DNA of 64,000 nt, taken from the NCBI GenBank assembly GCA_030390025.1, contig CM059433.1, positions 5,084,001 to 5,148,000 on the forward strand. Direction: 5' to 3'. The DNA comes from Squalus acanthias. Taxonomy: Eukaryota. The notes below the pieces were generated by a model. It saw only the letters and a list, made by a program, of their open reading frames with translations, had not been told where the DNA came from and did not search any database. The position numbers and the translations under genes are program-made. This document shows positions 25,860 through 39,300 of the stretch, piece by piece (positions within the stretch are counted from its first letter, which is position 1; each line of letters begins with the position of its first letter).

Positions 25860-27230
25860 CAACCCCCAACTCCCTTTCCTCTCCAAAGTCCTTGAATGTG
25901 TTGTCACTTCCCAAATCCATGCCCATCTTTCCCGTAACTCCATGTTTGAATCCCTCCAATCAGAAACGGCTCTCATCAAAGTCACAAATGACATCCTTTG
26001 TGACTGTGACAAAGGTAAACTAGCCCTCCTCATCTTTTTCAACCTGTCTGCAGCCTTTGACACGGTTGACCACACCGTCATCCTCCAAAGCCTCTCCACT
26101 GTCGTCCAGCTGGGTGGGACTGCCCTCGCCTGGTTCCATTCTTATCTATCCAGTCGTAGCCAGAAAATCACCTGCAATGGTTTCGCTTCCCGCTCCCGCA
26201 TCATTACCTCTGGTGTCCCCCAAGGATCTATCCTTGGCCCCCTCCTATTTCTCATCTACATGTTGCCCCTTGGCGACATCATCCGAAAACACAGCGTCAG
26301 TTTCCACATGCACGCTGACGACACCCAGCTCTACCTCACTACCTCCTCTCGACCCCTCCACGGTCTCTAAATTGTCTGACTGCTTGTCCGACACCCAGTA
26401 CTGGATGAGCAGAAATTTTCTCCAACACAAACTCCGTTCCCTAGCCACTGACTCCATCCCTCTCCCTGGCAACTGTCGGAGGCTGAACCACACTGTTCGC
26501 AACCTTCGTGTCATATTTGACCCCGAGATGAGCTTCCGACCTCATATCCGCTCCATCACCAAGACCGCCTACTTCCACCTCAGTAACATCGCCCGACTCC
26601 ACCCTGCCTCAATTCATCCGCTGCTGAAACCCTCATTCATGCCTTTGTTACCTCTAGACTTGACTATTCCAATGCACTCCTGGCCGGCCTCCCATCTTCC
26701 ACCCTCCATAAGCTTAAGGTCATCCAAAACTCTGCTGCCTGTGTCCTAACTCGGCACCAAGTCCCGTTCATCCATCACCCCTGCGCTCGCTGACCTCTCG
26801 CTGACCTACATTGGCTCCCGGTTAAGCAGCGCCTCAATTTTAAAATTCTCATCCTTGTTTCCAAATCCCTCCATGGCCTCACCCCTCCTAAGCTCTGTAA
26901 CCTCCTCCAGCCCTACAACTCTCCGAGATCTCTGCGCTCCTCCAATTCTGGCCTCTTGCACATTCCCGATTTTAATCCCTCCACCATTGGCGGCCGTGCC
27001 TTCAGCTGCCTGGGCCCCAAGCTCTGGAATTCCCTCCCTAACCCTCTCCACCTCGCCTTCCTCCTTTAAGACGCTCCTTAAAATCTACCTCTTTGATCAA
27101 GCTTTTGGTCACCTGCCCATCTTGTGTGGCTCGGTGTCAAATTTTGTTTGATAATCGCTCCTGTGAAGCGCCTTGGGACGTTTTACTATTTTAAAGGCGC
27201 TGTATAAATACAAGTTGTTTATTGTTGTTA
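25860..27230 (+). mobile_element. L2-clade LINE 3' portion
   Basis: LPFLSKVLECVV, LSAAFDTVDH, GVPQGSILGPLLFLIYMLPLG, HADDTQLY; tail aaaggcgctgtataaatacaagttgtt. Confidence 0.9.
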
Positions 27231-28279
27231 ATAAACACAAAACATTTACAAAAAATTCCCATCCCTGATGATGCACAAAACAATTTTTAAAAATACCAAT
27301 TATCTATACAAGAGCTCACTTCTTTATCCTCTCAAACTTTTCTAATCAGTGTTGATCTTGGACCCCAGCTATATTTTGTTCATTTGTCAATCATTTTCTG
27401 ATGGTGACCATGGTTACCACCTCAATTGTTTTTGTAGTGCAAACAATGTACATGCCCAGCCCATTAATTCCACACATCCAAACATTATCAAACAAAAGTT
27501 TCCTTTATCCATTTTAGTAAATGATTTCAGCAGCACACAACAGCATAATTGACTTTGTCACTGCTATTCACTATAAATTAGCAACAATAGGTTAAAGTAT
27601 TACACCGACAGACATTGAGTTAGCCCACCTACAGCGGCATGAGTAAAATGCACAGCAGGTGCAGACACTTCTCACTAAAACTTCCATTTATCCTGCAGCT
27701 GATTAATGCCCATCCACCAATGCAAAGCTTTGCTCCTCCATCTTGGTGTAGTTACCCATGGATGCTGGCGAGGCTGTTCAGAAGGGACTTGATCGCTCGC
27801 CACCTTGGTTAAGGTTTCTGCATTATTCCTTACATTGATACTTCCATCCCAATTAAACTAGTGCCCTCAATTTAAATATCTTACCTCATGGGCCTCAATG
27901 CTGCCCAACGCCATACACAGTGCTACAAGAACTGACTGAACTGTTGAAGGTTGACTAGTAAATGGCAGCTTCTGACTTAAATAAGTAACTAAATGAAGTG
28001 AACGAGTTTCAATAAGTAATGACCAGAATTATTGATAACTGCTGACAATTTAAATAAATATTATTTGGGTCAAATTACTGGACTTTAATTTGGTAACTAA
28101 ATGATAGAACCAATTATCTTTATTTAATTAATTTAGTGACTGCAGATGAATGACTTCTGACCAACCAATAAGTCTACTCACCGAACTAATAACTGTGGAG
28201 TCAATGTCAAATCGACAAGACCATCTATGAAATTAAGGGCTATTGTAATATATAAAAGGACTGGGTGAAATATCAGACT

Positions 28280-28826
28280 TAACAACAGAAAATGCTGGAA
28301 ACACTCAACAGGTCAACGTTTCGGGTCGAACCCTTCGTCAGAACTGGAAAAGGTTCGGGAGGAGAGATTTTTAAGCAGGGGCAGGGAGGAGGGGAGGAAA
28401 GAACAAAGGGAAGGTCTGTGATAGGATGGAAGGCAGGAGAGATTGACTGACAAAAGGGATGATGGTGCAAGGCAAAAGGAGGGGTAATGGGACAAGTTAA
28501 GAAACAAAAGATGAGTCTGGATGAGGTGTAAATGGCGATGGCAGAATGATCGACAGCTGCCATGCGAGAAGACAAGGGGAAAATTTGTTTTTAAAGATAG
28601 GGGCCGAGGTTATAGCCTGAAATTGTTGAACTCTATGTAGAGCCCAAAAGGTTGTAAAGTGCCTAATCGAAAGATGAGATGCTGTTCCTCGAGCTTACGT
28701 TGAGCTTCATTGGAACAGTGTAAGAGGCCGAGGACGGAGAGGTCAGAGTGGGAGTGGAGCGGAGAATTAAAGTGACAGGCGACCGGAAGCTCGGGGTCAC
28801 CCTTACGGACTGAATGGAGGTGTTAC
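28280..28826 (-). mobile_element. Penelope-like element (second family), 3' fragment with 13-bp TSD
   Basis: TSD GAAATATCAGACT at 28267-28279 and 28827-28839. Minus strand encodes HLHSVRKGDPELPVACHFNSPLHSHSDLSVLGLLHCSNEAQRKLEEQHLIFRLGTLQPFGLYIEFNNF (GIY-YIG C-terminus). Confidence 0.9.
28311..28346 (-). ncRNA. Minimal hammerhead ribozyme (second PLE family)
   Basis: guu-CUGACGA-a-GGGU ucg ACCC-GAAA-cgUU-gac; palindromic ACGU stem III. Confidence 0.75.
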
Positions 28827-30380
28827 GAAATATCAGACTGTCTCAATTAATCATAGTCACAATGCAAGTTACCCCAAAATAAATCAGAGCAGATCAATGG
28901 AGAACGCAATTACTCACTAGCTTGAATGGATCATACATTAAATCAGGGCTAGCTTGGTGATTAAGCAAATTAATCTCTGAACGAAGCCCTCTTATAATAA
29001 ATTACAATTGAACAGACTGCTACAAAAGATAATATCTGAATAAACTGGATTCATCAATTGATCAGAGTCAATAAAATCAATTATTCATTCAGTTAGCCAT
29101 GAATTGGATTCTGAATTACTAAATTATTAACTGGGATTTCCCTCCTTCAGGCAATCACCTCACCATCAGGAAAATGTCAGGAGTAACATTTATATTTAAC
29201 AGGAGTGAGACAGGTTGTAAACCAATTTATTATACAGTATATAATATATATTTTAGGAATGAGATAGGTGAAAACAGGCCCCAATTTTAAAATAAAATGA
29301 GTCTCACTTCAAGGAAGAGTTGACAGCTTTCCCGAGTGGAATCCTTTTCCAGGTTCCCCAGTTCTTGACCTGGCTCAGGGCTCATTCTGTGCGTCACCAA
29401 ACCAGTGCACGAGCTCTTCCCACCCCTCCGTTAGAGGCGGCCCTCGTTAGAGGCGGCCCTCGTTAGAGGCGGCCTATGGTTTCCTTCTCTATTCTGTCAC
29501 TCCATTCCCGCCCCCTGTCCAACTCTCTCGCCGTTGAGTCCTCCTTTTTAATTTAGAGTTCTGCCCTTTTTCTTGGACTTGGTTTGTGGGGACACCCCGG
29601 CTTGACTCTTGGCCATAAAACACAGATTAGGGTTCGAATACCAGACCGAAGCTAACCAGCTGCCAGCAGGACAACAAATGATTTTTCCCCCTCAATCTGA
29701 ACAACTATGTACAAACTCATCATTACATTTTTACCTGCAGTTTTGTAATTTTGTTTTTCATGCAATACAGTAAAAGCAGGCATCACATTTTAACTAAAAT
29801 TGAATTGATTGAATCGAATTTGTTGTATATAACAGCATCCAAGTCAGTCCATGGAGCACTGGGGTTTACTCAGGGCTGGAAACTTATAATAACTAGACCA
29901 GAACATAATCTGTACGAGAAGAGGACATTTCTGAATATTTCTTTTCTTTAAAAGGCTTAACTAACTTATGCAGCATGGCTTGTTGTAACGGAGGACCTAG
30001 GACATAAAGAAAAGACTTGCATTTCTATAGCGCCTTTCACGACCACCGGACGTCCCAAAGCGCTTTACAGCCAATGAAGTAATTTTGAAGAGTAGTCACT
30101 GTTGTAATGTGGGGAACGCGGCAGCCAATTTGCGCACAGCAAGCTCCCACAAACAGCAATGTGATAATGACCAGAGAATCTGTGTTTTTTTTTAATGTTA
30201 TGTTGGTTGAGGGATAAATATTGGCCCCAGGACTCCCCATAACATAATTTGGCATCACAAACACAATACACAGCAGACATTAAAGATAAAGAAAAAGGTA
30301 AAATCATTTCAAATCAAAAATTATTGCTGTGTAGTAACCAGAGTGGTATGAAATAAAAATATTAATGACTGGACTCAGAT

Positions 30381-30872
30381 GCGAGGTAGATTTTCCACGA
30401 CATGGAGAGGTGGCAGGACAGTTGGAACTTTGAGCCGACTTATGCAGGATGGATTGCACCCCATCTGCCCGATTGGGGTACGTTATACACGCAGAGCTCG
30501 AAGTGTGCATGTACGCTACTGCTGGGAGTTCAGAGGGGGAGGGGAGCGGAGAAGCAAGATTTCCTGTACTGCTACATCAGCCATTTAAAGCTAAGTATAT
30601 TTCAGAGTGTAGAGGCTGAAACATCAAAGGAAATAGTCATGGAGCCGATGCAAGCGAAATGCACATGGTTTTCAGAAGTGAAGTGACTGCTGCACGAGGT
30701 GTGCCAGTGGAGAGTTGCCCCTTTTAGTACTCCAGGGCACCCTCCCCACAGGAAGGGCGTGCCGATTGCGGAGAGGAGCTGGTGACTTTTGTAACTACCA
30801 AGAGTCACACGTGGTGCATTGAAAGGAAATGCATAAACACAATTTCAGGCATCAAAAAAAATCCTCAGGTAA
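30381..30872 (+). pseudogene. Possible decayed Harbinger Myb/SANT ORF fragment
   Basis: TIR-like start ggtagattttcca. MEPMQAKCTWFSEVK*LLHEVCQWR...EELVTFVTTKS...KCINTISGIKK followed by a donor cag|gtaagg resembles the trihelix pattern. Confidence 0.35.
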
Positions 30873-31404
30873 GGCTACCCGAACATTTCCCCATACCAAG
30901 TAAATGGACAAAGTGTGTGTGGGTGCCACATAGAGAGATTCCTCTCAACATGTTGCACACTGACTGCAGCTGCAAGCAAAACGTTCACGACAACGTTACA
31001 GCTCTTCTGTTGTTTAGCCGTGTTTGTCCCGACTGCAGCAGGGCACACTTTCCAACTCAAATCACACTGCAAATTCCTGTCACACCCTGAGAAAATCATT
31101 GCAGTAACAGCGAGCAAGAGGCATGTTTTCACCACCTTTCAATTCTGTCCAAGTGATGCTGCGGAATAAGGTGGCAGTAGATTGATGGATCGCATCCTTG
31201 GTAGCGGAGTCAATGCAGAGCAGTGTTCGAAGTGTATTCGGCCACTGGGTAATGTACATAGCTGTTAGTTACATGGAAGGCTCAGTCATTTAGATGAATG
31301 TCTCCTCTGGGAGAACCTGGCTCAATACTCATATGCTGCAAAGATTTTCGAGGAAACTGATGTGGCGCTGCCCGTGGAGGAGCCTCTTCTAGTATTACCT
31401 CTGT

Positions 31405-32185
31405 GGGGAAATGTGAGGTTATTCACTTTGGTAGGAAGAATAGAAAAACAGAATTTTTTTTTTTTAAATGGTGAGAAACTATTAAATGTTGGTGTTGAGA
31501 GAGATTTAGGTGTCCTCATACAGGAAACAGAGTTAGGATGCCGGTACAGCAAGCAATTAGGAAGGCAAATGACACGTTGGCCTTTATCGAGTCTTACTAC
31601 AATTGTACAGGGCTTTGGTGAGACCACACCTGGAGCACTGTGTATAGTTTTGGTCTCCTTATCTAAGGAAGGATATAATTGCTTTAGAGGCGGTTCAACA
31701 AAGGTTCACTAGACTAATCCCGGAGATGAGAGGGTTGTCCTATGAGGAGAGATTGAGTAGATTAGGCCTATCCTGTTTGGAATTTAGAAGAATGAGAGGT
31801 GATCTCATTGAAACATATAAGATTCTGAGGGGGATTGACAGGGTAGATGCTGAGAGGTTGTTTCCCCTGGCTAGAGTGTCTAGAACTAGGGGGCATAGTC
31901 TCAGGATAAGGGGTCAGCCATTTAAGACTGAGATGAGGAGGAATTTCTTCACTCGGAGGGTTGTGAATCTTTGGAATTCTCTACCCCAGAGGGCTGTGAA
32001 TGCTGAGTCTTTGAGTATATTCAAGACAGAGATCGATAGATTTTTGGACTCTAGGGGAATCAAGGGATATGGGGATAGTGCAGGAAAGTGGTGTTTAGGT
32101 CGAATATCAGCCATGATCTTATTGAATGATGGAGCAGGCTCAGGGGGCCGTATGGCCGACTCCTGCTCCTAATTCTTATGTTCTC
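31405..32185 (+). mobile_element. CR1 3' fragment
   Basis: ORF2 C-terminus plus 3' stem/tail. Confidence 0.9.
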
Positions 32186-33359
32186 TGTGGTTAGCCCTCT
32201 TTTGATGAGAGTTCTGGAGCATGCAGCAGAAAGATCACCTCAAAGACCGTAGAGCTGTGATGCAAGAAGTAATTTCCTGGAAGGCCAGGGTTTTTACCCC
32301 CACTATATATGGTCATGCTGTGCACAATACGAGATTCTATTGCAAAGAAAAGGATTTCACGGCTGGCCACATTTAAGTAAGATTGTCTATTAACAATCTT
32401 AAAAGGCCAGCTGGAAATTCACACGCTATAAAAGTCAAGCGAGAGTCTGGCAAAACGGATTTCCAGATTCCCACACACCTGATCTGTTGGAATTCCTACC
32501 CCAACATGTAAAACTCTTAAAATACACAGAATAAAATGAATTCCACAGTATTCTGTGTAAAATGGATAAAAAGCTTTCCCTTCTGAGGGGAGAGCAAAAA
32601 TACTGAATGCAGCTTAAGACTAGTGCAATTGATATTTGCAGAATTTAAATGCTTCCTGTCTTTATCAGGAGGGGTACGAGCACTGTGCAGTCTACAAATT
32701 TCATATCTCTGCCCATTTAGTCCCAGCCCATCAACTCTTACATTTGTTACCTGCAGAGGACTTGGCTGTTCTGATAGGGCATCTGACCTAGAACAGGTAT
32801 GAAAGCTGCAACTCCTCGGGGATGGATGATGCCATTGTACACCTTCTAAATTAATAATGCAATTGTAGAAATAGAAAACCCTGCAACGTATCAGCATTAC
32901 ACGTATTGCTGCAGTACGAGAGCCGTACAAGGCCTACATTCTCCGCTGGTCTTGAAGTTGTATCCTTGTACTTTACCCGAGTTGGTACCAGGCCACAGAG
33001 AAACCTAACTCGAGCTATGCTAAATTGTGTTTCCCCAAAATGTCAGCATCCAAGCACTTCAGTTCTTTGGTTGTCCAAACCGCAGCTTTATGTTGAGATG
33101 TATTATATTGAAGTTTAGATTTACTGGCAACATTTCTGTTTAGTTTTATTAGACATTACGCTCCCCATCTTTGACAGGCACATGCTCATCAATGTGACAG
33201 CTATCAAACCAATGGCCCAACTTGCATAGCTGATCTAGTCAGGCCTTACGTCAAACTTTGTAACCCACGGTCCTTTAGCAACAATGACAGTGAACATTAT
33301 TTATCTTGTACTACCCCAATTTTCCCTTTTGTCTTTCCCCACAGCCCCGCCGCACAATA

Positions 33360-33835
33360 GCAACAACAACAACTTGTATTTATATAGCGCCTTTAACGTA
33401 GTAAAACGTCCCAAGGTGCTTCACGGGAGTGTTTTAAGACAACAAATTTGACACCGATCCACATAAGGATAAATTAGGGCAGGTGACCAAAAGCTTGGTC
33501 AAAGAGGTAGGTTTTAAGGAGCGTCTTAAAGGAGGAGAGAGAGGTAGTGAGGCGGACCGGTTTAGGCAGGGAATTCCGGAGCTTAGGGCCCGAGGCAACA
33601 GAAGGCACGACCACCAAAGGTTGAGCGATTATAATCAGGGATGTTCAAGAGGGCAGAATTAGAGGAGCGCAAATATCTCGGGGGTTGTGGGGCTGGAGGA
33701 GATTACAGAGATAGGGAGGGGCGAGGCCATGGAGGGAATTGAAAACAAGGATGAGAATTTTGAAATCGAGGCGTTGCTTAACCGGGAGCCAATGTAGGTC
33801 AGCGAGCACAGGGGTGATGGGTGAACGGGACTTAG
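33360..33835 (-). mobile_element. L2 3' fragment
   Basis: Reverse complement of the 26800-27230 region. Confidence 0.85.
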
Positions 33836-34249
33836 CACCAGTTATATGCTCATAAAGACAGAATGAATTAAAGCATCCTCACAGCGCTTTCCGTGAATCA
33901 ACCAAGAGAATATGCTCCGTAGCAGAAGATGGATGGTGCATTTATCTCCAGGTGGGTGTGGCTTTAGCAGCAGAGAGCCCAAAGCTAGTCGTCCACTCAA
34001 TGGATCCCAATTACTGCTCAACTGTCTTAGTTTTCCATTTCCAATTAAATGGAACATGCGCCAACTTCAACTACACGAGATCTCAGTGTGACGATCTGAA
34101 AATGAATTCATCTGGAAAATTCCTCTACCTATGTAAACTCTCAGAATATGTGGTTGGTGCAGTGAATACTGCAACTTTAAAAAAAAAAGCAATACCATGG
34201 TTTTAGGCTGAATGCTATCTATCTAATTCTTGGTATCGGGCAGGAAACA

Positions 34250-34752
34250 CTGCACAGGGGGTGCAGGAGATTTACGAGGATGTTGCCTGGGCTGGGGAAT
34301 TTTAGCTATGAGGAAAGATTGGATAGGCTGGGGTTGTTTTCTTTGGAACAGAGGAGGCTGAGGGGGGGTGGGGGGGCTTAATTGAGGTGTATAAAATTAT
34401 AAGGGGCCTAGATAGAGTGGATAGGAAGGACCTATTTCCCTTAGCAGAAGGATCAATAACCAGGGGGCATAGAGTAAAGTAATTGGTCGGAGGTTTAGAG
34501 GGACGTTGAGGAGAAATTGTTTCACCCAGAGGTGGTGGGGGTCTGGAACTCACTGCCTGAAAGGGTGGTAGAGGCAGAGACCCTCATCACATTTAAAAAG
34601 TACTTGGATGCACACTTGAAGTGCCGTAACCTACAAGGCTACGGACCAAGAGCTGGACAGTGGGATTAGGGTGGAGAGCTCTTTGTCGGCCGGCACGGAC
34701 AAGATGGGCCGAATGGCCTCCTTCTGTGCTGTAAATTTATATGATTCTATGA
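34250..34752 (+). mobile_element. CR1 3' fragment (17858 subfamily)
   Basis: Homology to 18270-18760. Confidence 0.85.
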
Positions 34753-34914
34753 AACACCTTCAAGTCCCTGGCGATTCAGTGGAAACTTTAACTCCTGTAT
34801 TCAACCAACTGAAATAAGTTCTTTGCAGAATCTATTTCAGAGCCTCTAAATCAGAAATCCTAACAATAAGTCTGTGAAGCCACTCACGCTGCTGGTAATT
34901 ATAGGGATTACTGT

Positions 34915-35360
34915 AAAGCTCTGCCGCCCGTCTCCTAACTCGCACCAAGTCCTGTTCACCCTGTGCTCGCTGACCTGCATTGGCTCCAGGTTAAGGCAAC
35001 ACCTCGATTTTAAAATGTTCTTCCTTGTATTCAAATCCCTCCATGGCCTCTTCCCTCCCCATCATTGTAACGTCCTCCAGCCCCACAATCCTGCGATCTC
35101 TGCACTCCTCCAATTCTGGGCACTTGTGCATCCCCAATTTTAATCGCTCCACCAATGGCAGCCAAGGCCCCAAGCTCTGGAATTCCCCCCCGAAACCTCT
35201 CCGCCTCTCTACCCTCCTTGAGGCCGCTCCTTAAAACCTACCCTGTCCTAATACTCCTTATGTGGTGTGGTGTTAAGTTATTTTTGATAGCGCTCCTGTG
35301 AAACGTCTTGGGACGTTTTACTATGTTAAAGGCGCTATATAAATACAAGTTGTTGTTGCA
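34915..35360 (+). mobile_element. L2 3' fragment
   Basis: Homology to 26730-27230. Confidence 0.8.
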
Positions 35361-35789
35361 ATCTGCCATGTGATTCACCCTTGCAGAGGAAGTTTTTCTT
35401 GATTAAAATGAATAGCCTTTTTTTATAATAAAAGCTCTTGGGAATGGTTATGTAAAATTAATTATGCAAATTCTGCTTTGTAATTCAGTGCTCTACATGA
35501 AATTTTAAAAACAGGAGAAGGCTATTTGGCCATCCAATTTACAAAATGCTGAATTGGAGGATACGGCCACTCTGATCTGTCTTGGATCTGTGTTACAGTC
35601 TATCCTCGTCTGCCTCGGTCTCTCTCCTTTTCCATTTCTCTTCCCTTAACATTTTTTTGCATCTCCCTCTGTCTTCTTTTCCGTCCTTCAAATCAAATTA
35701 GAATAAAGAACTGTCTGCCTTTATCTTTTGCAGTCTCTGTACCTTCCCTCAACCCTCCTCTCTACCCCTTTCTCTCCAACCTCCCATTC

Positions 35790-36300
35790 TCTCACCTCCC
35801 TCGCTCTATCTAATCTCCCTCTCGCCTCCCTCGCTCTCTCTCTCTAACCTCTCTCGCACTCTCCCTAACCTCCCTCGCTCTCTCTCCCTAACCTCCCTCG
35901 CTCTCTCTCCCTAACCTCCCTCGCTCTCTCTCCCTAACCTCCCTCGCTCTCTCTCCCTAACCTCCCTCGCTCTCTCTCCCTAACCTCCCTCGCTCTCTCC
36001 CCCTAACCTCCCTCGCTCTCTCTCCCTAACCTCCCTCGCTCGCTCTCCCTAACCTCCCTCGCTCGCTCTCCCTAACCTCCCTCGCTCTCTCTCCCTAACC
36101 TCCCTCGCTCGCTCTCCCTAACCTCCCTCGCTCGCTCTCCCTAACCTCCCTCGCTCGCTCTCCCTAACCTCCCTCGCTCGCTCTCCCTAACCTCCCTCGC
36201 TCGCTCTCCCTAACCTCCCTCGCTCTCTCTCTCTAACCTCCCTCGCTCTCTCTCCCTAACCTCCCTCGCTCTCTCTCCCTAACCTCCCTCGCTCTCTCTC
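35790..36300. repeat. CT-rich minisatellite, 23-nt unit ctaacctccctcgctctctctcc
   Basis: About 20 tandem units; the array continues after the CR1. Confidence 0.95.
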
Positions 36301-39300
36301 ACAAATCAGAGCGTGGCAGGAAGGGACAGAGTGTGTGGAGTAAAAGGTAAACTGGTAAAAAGTGAAAAAGCAGGAACTAAGTGCCACAAAGCATATTTGA
36401 AAGTTCTCTATCTGAATGCACGTAGCATTCGTAACAAAATAGACGAGTTAATGGCACAAATAACTACATATGGTTATGATATTGTGGCCATTACAGAAAC
36501 ATGGCTGCAGGGTGACAATGCCTGGGAATTAAACATACCAGGTTATTTAACGATCAGGAAGGACAGGCAGGAAGGAAGGGGAGGTGGGGTGGCTATGTTA
36601 ATAAAGGAAGGAATCACTGTAATACAGAGTAATGATATTGGGTCAAAAAATCATGATAATGAAACAGTTTGGGTGGAGATAAGGAATAATAAGGGGAAAA
36701 AAACATTAGTGGGCGTAGTCTATAGGCCTCCGAACAGTTGCAACTCTATTGGACGGAGTATAAATCAGGAAATAGTTGAGGCATGTAATAAGGGAACATC
36801 TATAATTATGGGGGATTTTAACTATCATATTAATTGGACAAATCAAATGGGGCAGGGCTGCCTTGAGGATGAGTTCATTGAGTGTATTAGGGATGGGTTT
36901 CTTGAGCAGTATGTAACTGAACCGACCAGGGAGCAAGCAACCTTAGATCTGGTCCTGTGTAACGAGACAGGATTAATTAAAAATGTCCTAGTAAAGGATC
37001 CCCTTGGAATGAGTGACCATAACATGGTTGAATTCCATATTCAATTAGAGGGTGAGAAGGTTGGATCTCAAACAAGCGTGCTAAGCTTGAATAAAGGAGA
37101 CTATGAAGGTATGCGAGCGGAATTGAGTAGAGTGAATTGGGAAAATAGATTAAAGGGTAAGACGACACATGATCAGTGGTGTACATTCAAGGAGTTATTT
37201 TACAACTTCCAAAAAATATATATTCCACTGAAAAGAAAAGGGTGTAAAAGAAAGGACAGTCATCCGTGGCTAAGTAAAGAAATTAAGGATAGTATTCGAC
37301 TAAAAACAAGGGCATATAAGGTAGCGAAATCTAGTGGGAGGACAGAGGATTGGGAAAACTTTAAAAGGCAGCAAAAAATAACAAAAAGATTGATTAAGAA
37401 AGGGAAGATAGATTATGAAAGTAAATTAGCAAAAAATATAAAAACAGATAGTAAGAGTTTTTATAGTTATATAAAAAGAAAAAGGGTGGCTAAAGTAAAT
37501 GTTGGTCCCTTAGAGGATGAGACCGGGAAATTAATGGTGGGAAATATGGAGATGGCAAAAACACTGAATGAATATTTTGTATCAGTCTTTACAGTAGAGG
37601 ACACTAAGAATATCCCAACACTGGACAAACAGGAGGCTATAGGGGGAGAGGAGCTAAACACGATCAAAATCACTAAGGAAGTGGTACTCGGTAAAATAAT
37701 GGGACTCAAGGCGGATAAATCACCTGGACCTGATGGCTTACATCCTAGAGTCTTGAAGGAAGTGGCGGTAGGGATTGTAGATGCATTGGTAATAATTTTT
37801 CAAAACTCCCTGGATTCCGCTAAGGTCCCGGCAGACTGGAAAACTGCTAATGTAACACCCTTATTTAAAAAGGGCAGTAGACAGAAGGCTGGTAACTATA
37901 GACCGGTTAGCCTAACATCTGTGGTAGGTAAAATTTTGGAGTCCATTATTAAGGAAACAGTAACAGGACATTTGGATAATCATAATTTAATAGGACAAAG
38001 TCAGCATGGTTTTACGAAGGGGAAGTCATGTTTGACAAATTTGCTGGAGTTCTTTGAGGAAGTAACATATAGAGTGGATAAAGGGGAACCAGTGGACGTA
38101 GTGTATTTAGACTTCCAAAAGGCATTTGACAAGGTGCCACACAAAAGATTATTGCTTAAGGTAAAAAATCACGGGATTGGGGGTAATATTCTGGCATGGA
38201 TAGAGGATTGGCTATCTAACAGAAAGCAAAGAGTTGGGATAAATGGTTCATTCTCAGACTGGCAATCAGTAACTAGTGGTGTTCCACAGGGGTCAGTGCT
38301 GGGTCCCCAACTCTTCACAATCTATATTAACGATTTGGAGGAAGGGACCAAGTGTAACATATCAAAATTTGCAGATGATACTAAGATGGGAGGGAAAGTA
38401 GTGAGTGAGGAGGACATAAAAAACCTGCAAGGGGACATAGACAGGCTAAGTAAGTGGGCAGAGATTTGGCAGATGGAATACAACACTGGAAAGTGTGAGG
38501 TGATGCACTTTGGCAGGAAAAATCCTAGAGCAATTTATTATCTTAATGGCAAGAAACTGGAGAGTACTGAAGTGCAAAGGGATCTGGGGGTCCTGGTGCA
38601 CGAAACTCAAAAGGTTAGTATGCAGGTGCAGCAAGTGATTAAGAAGGCAAATGGAATGTTGGCTTTCATTGCTAGGGGGATAGAATATAAAAATAGGGAG
38701 GTATTGCTTCAGTTGTACAAGGTATTGGTGAGACCGCACCTGGAATACTGCATACAGTTTTGGTGTCCTTACTTAAGGAAAGACATCCTTGCTCTCGAGG
38801 CAGTGCAAAAAAGGTTCACTCGGTTAATCCCGGGGATGAGGGGGTGGTCATATGAGGAGAGGTTGGGTAGATTGGGACTCTACTCATTGGAGTTCAGAAG
38901 AATGAGAGGCGATCTTATTGAAACATATAAGATTGTGAAGGGGTTGGATCGGGTGGATGCGGGGAGGATGTTCCCGATGACGGGTGAGACGAGAACTAGG
39001 GGACATAGTCTTAGAATAAGGGGCTGCTCTTTCAAAACTGAGATGAGGAGGAACTACTTCACTCAGAGGGTGGTAGGTCCATGGAATATGCTGCCACAAA
39101 AAGCTGTAGAAGCTACAACATTAATTAAATTTAAAACAGAAATAGACAGTTTCCTAGAAGTAAAGGGCATTAAGGGTTACGGGGAGCGGGCAGGAATTTG
39201 GACATGAGTCTAGGTTCGGATCGGTCATGGCCCTGTGGGTAGTGGAGCGGGCCCAGGGACTGTGTAGCCTGATTCTGCTCCTATTTCGTGTGTGCAATTC

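Noticed and set aside
29429..29474. 3 x 16-nt repeat cgttagaggcggccct
   Set aside because: Simple local slippage with no supporting context.
35870..36300. Interstitial telomere
   Set aside because: CCCTAA occurs once per 23-nt unit, never as tandem hexamers.
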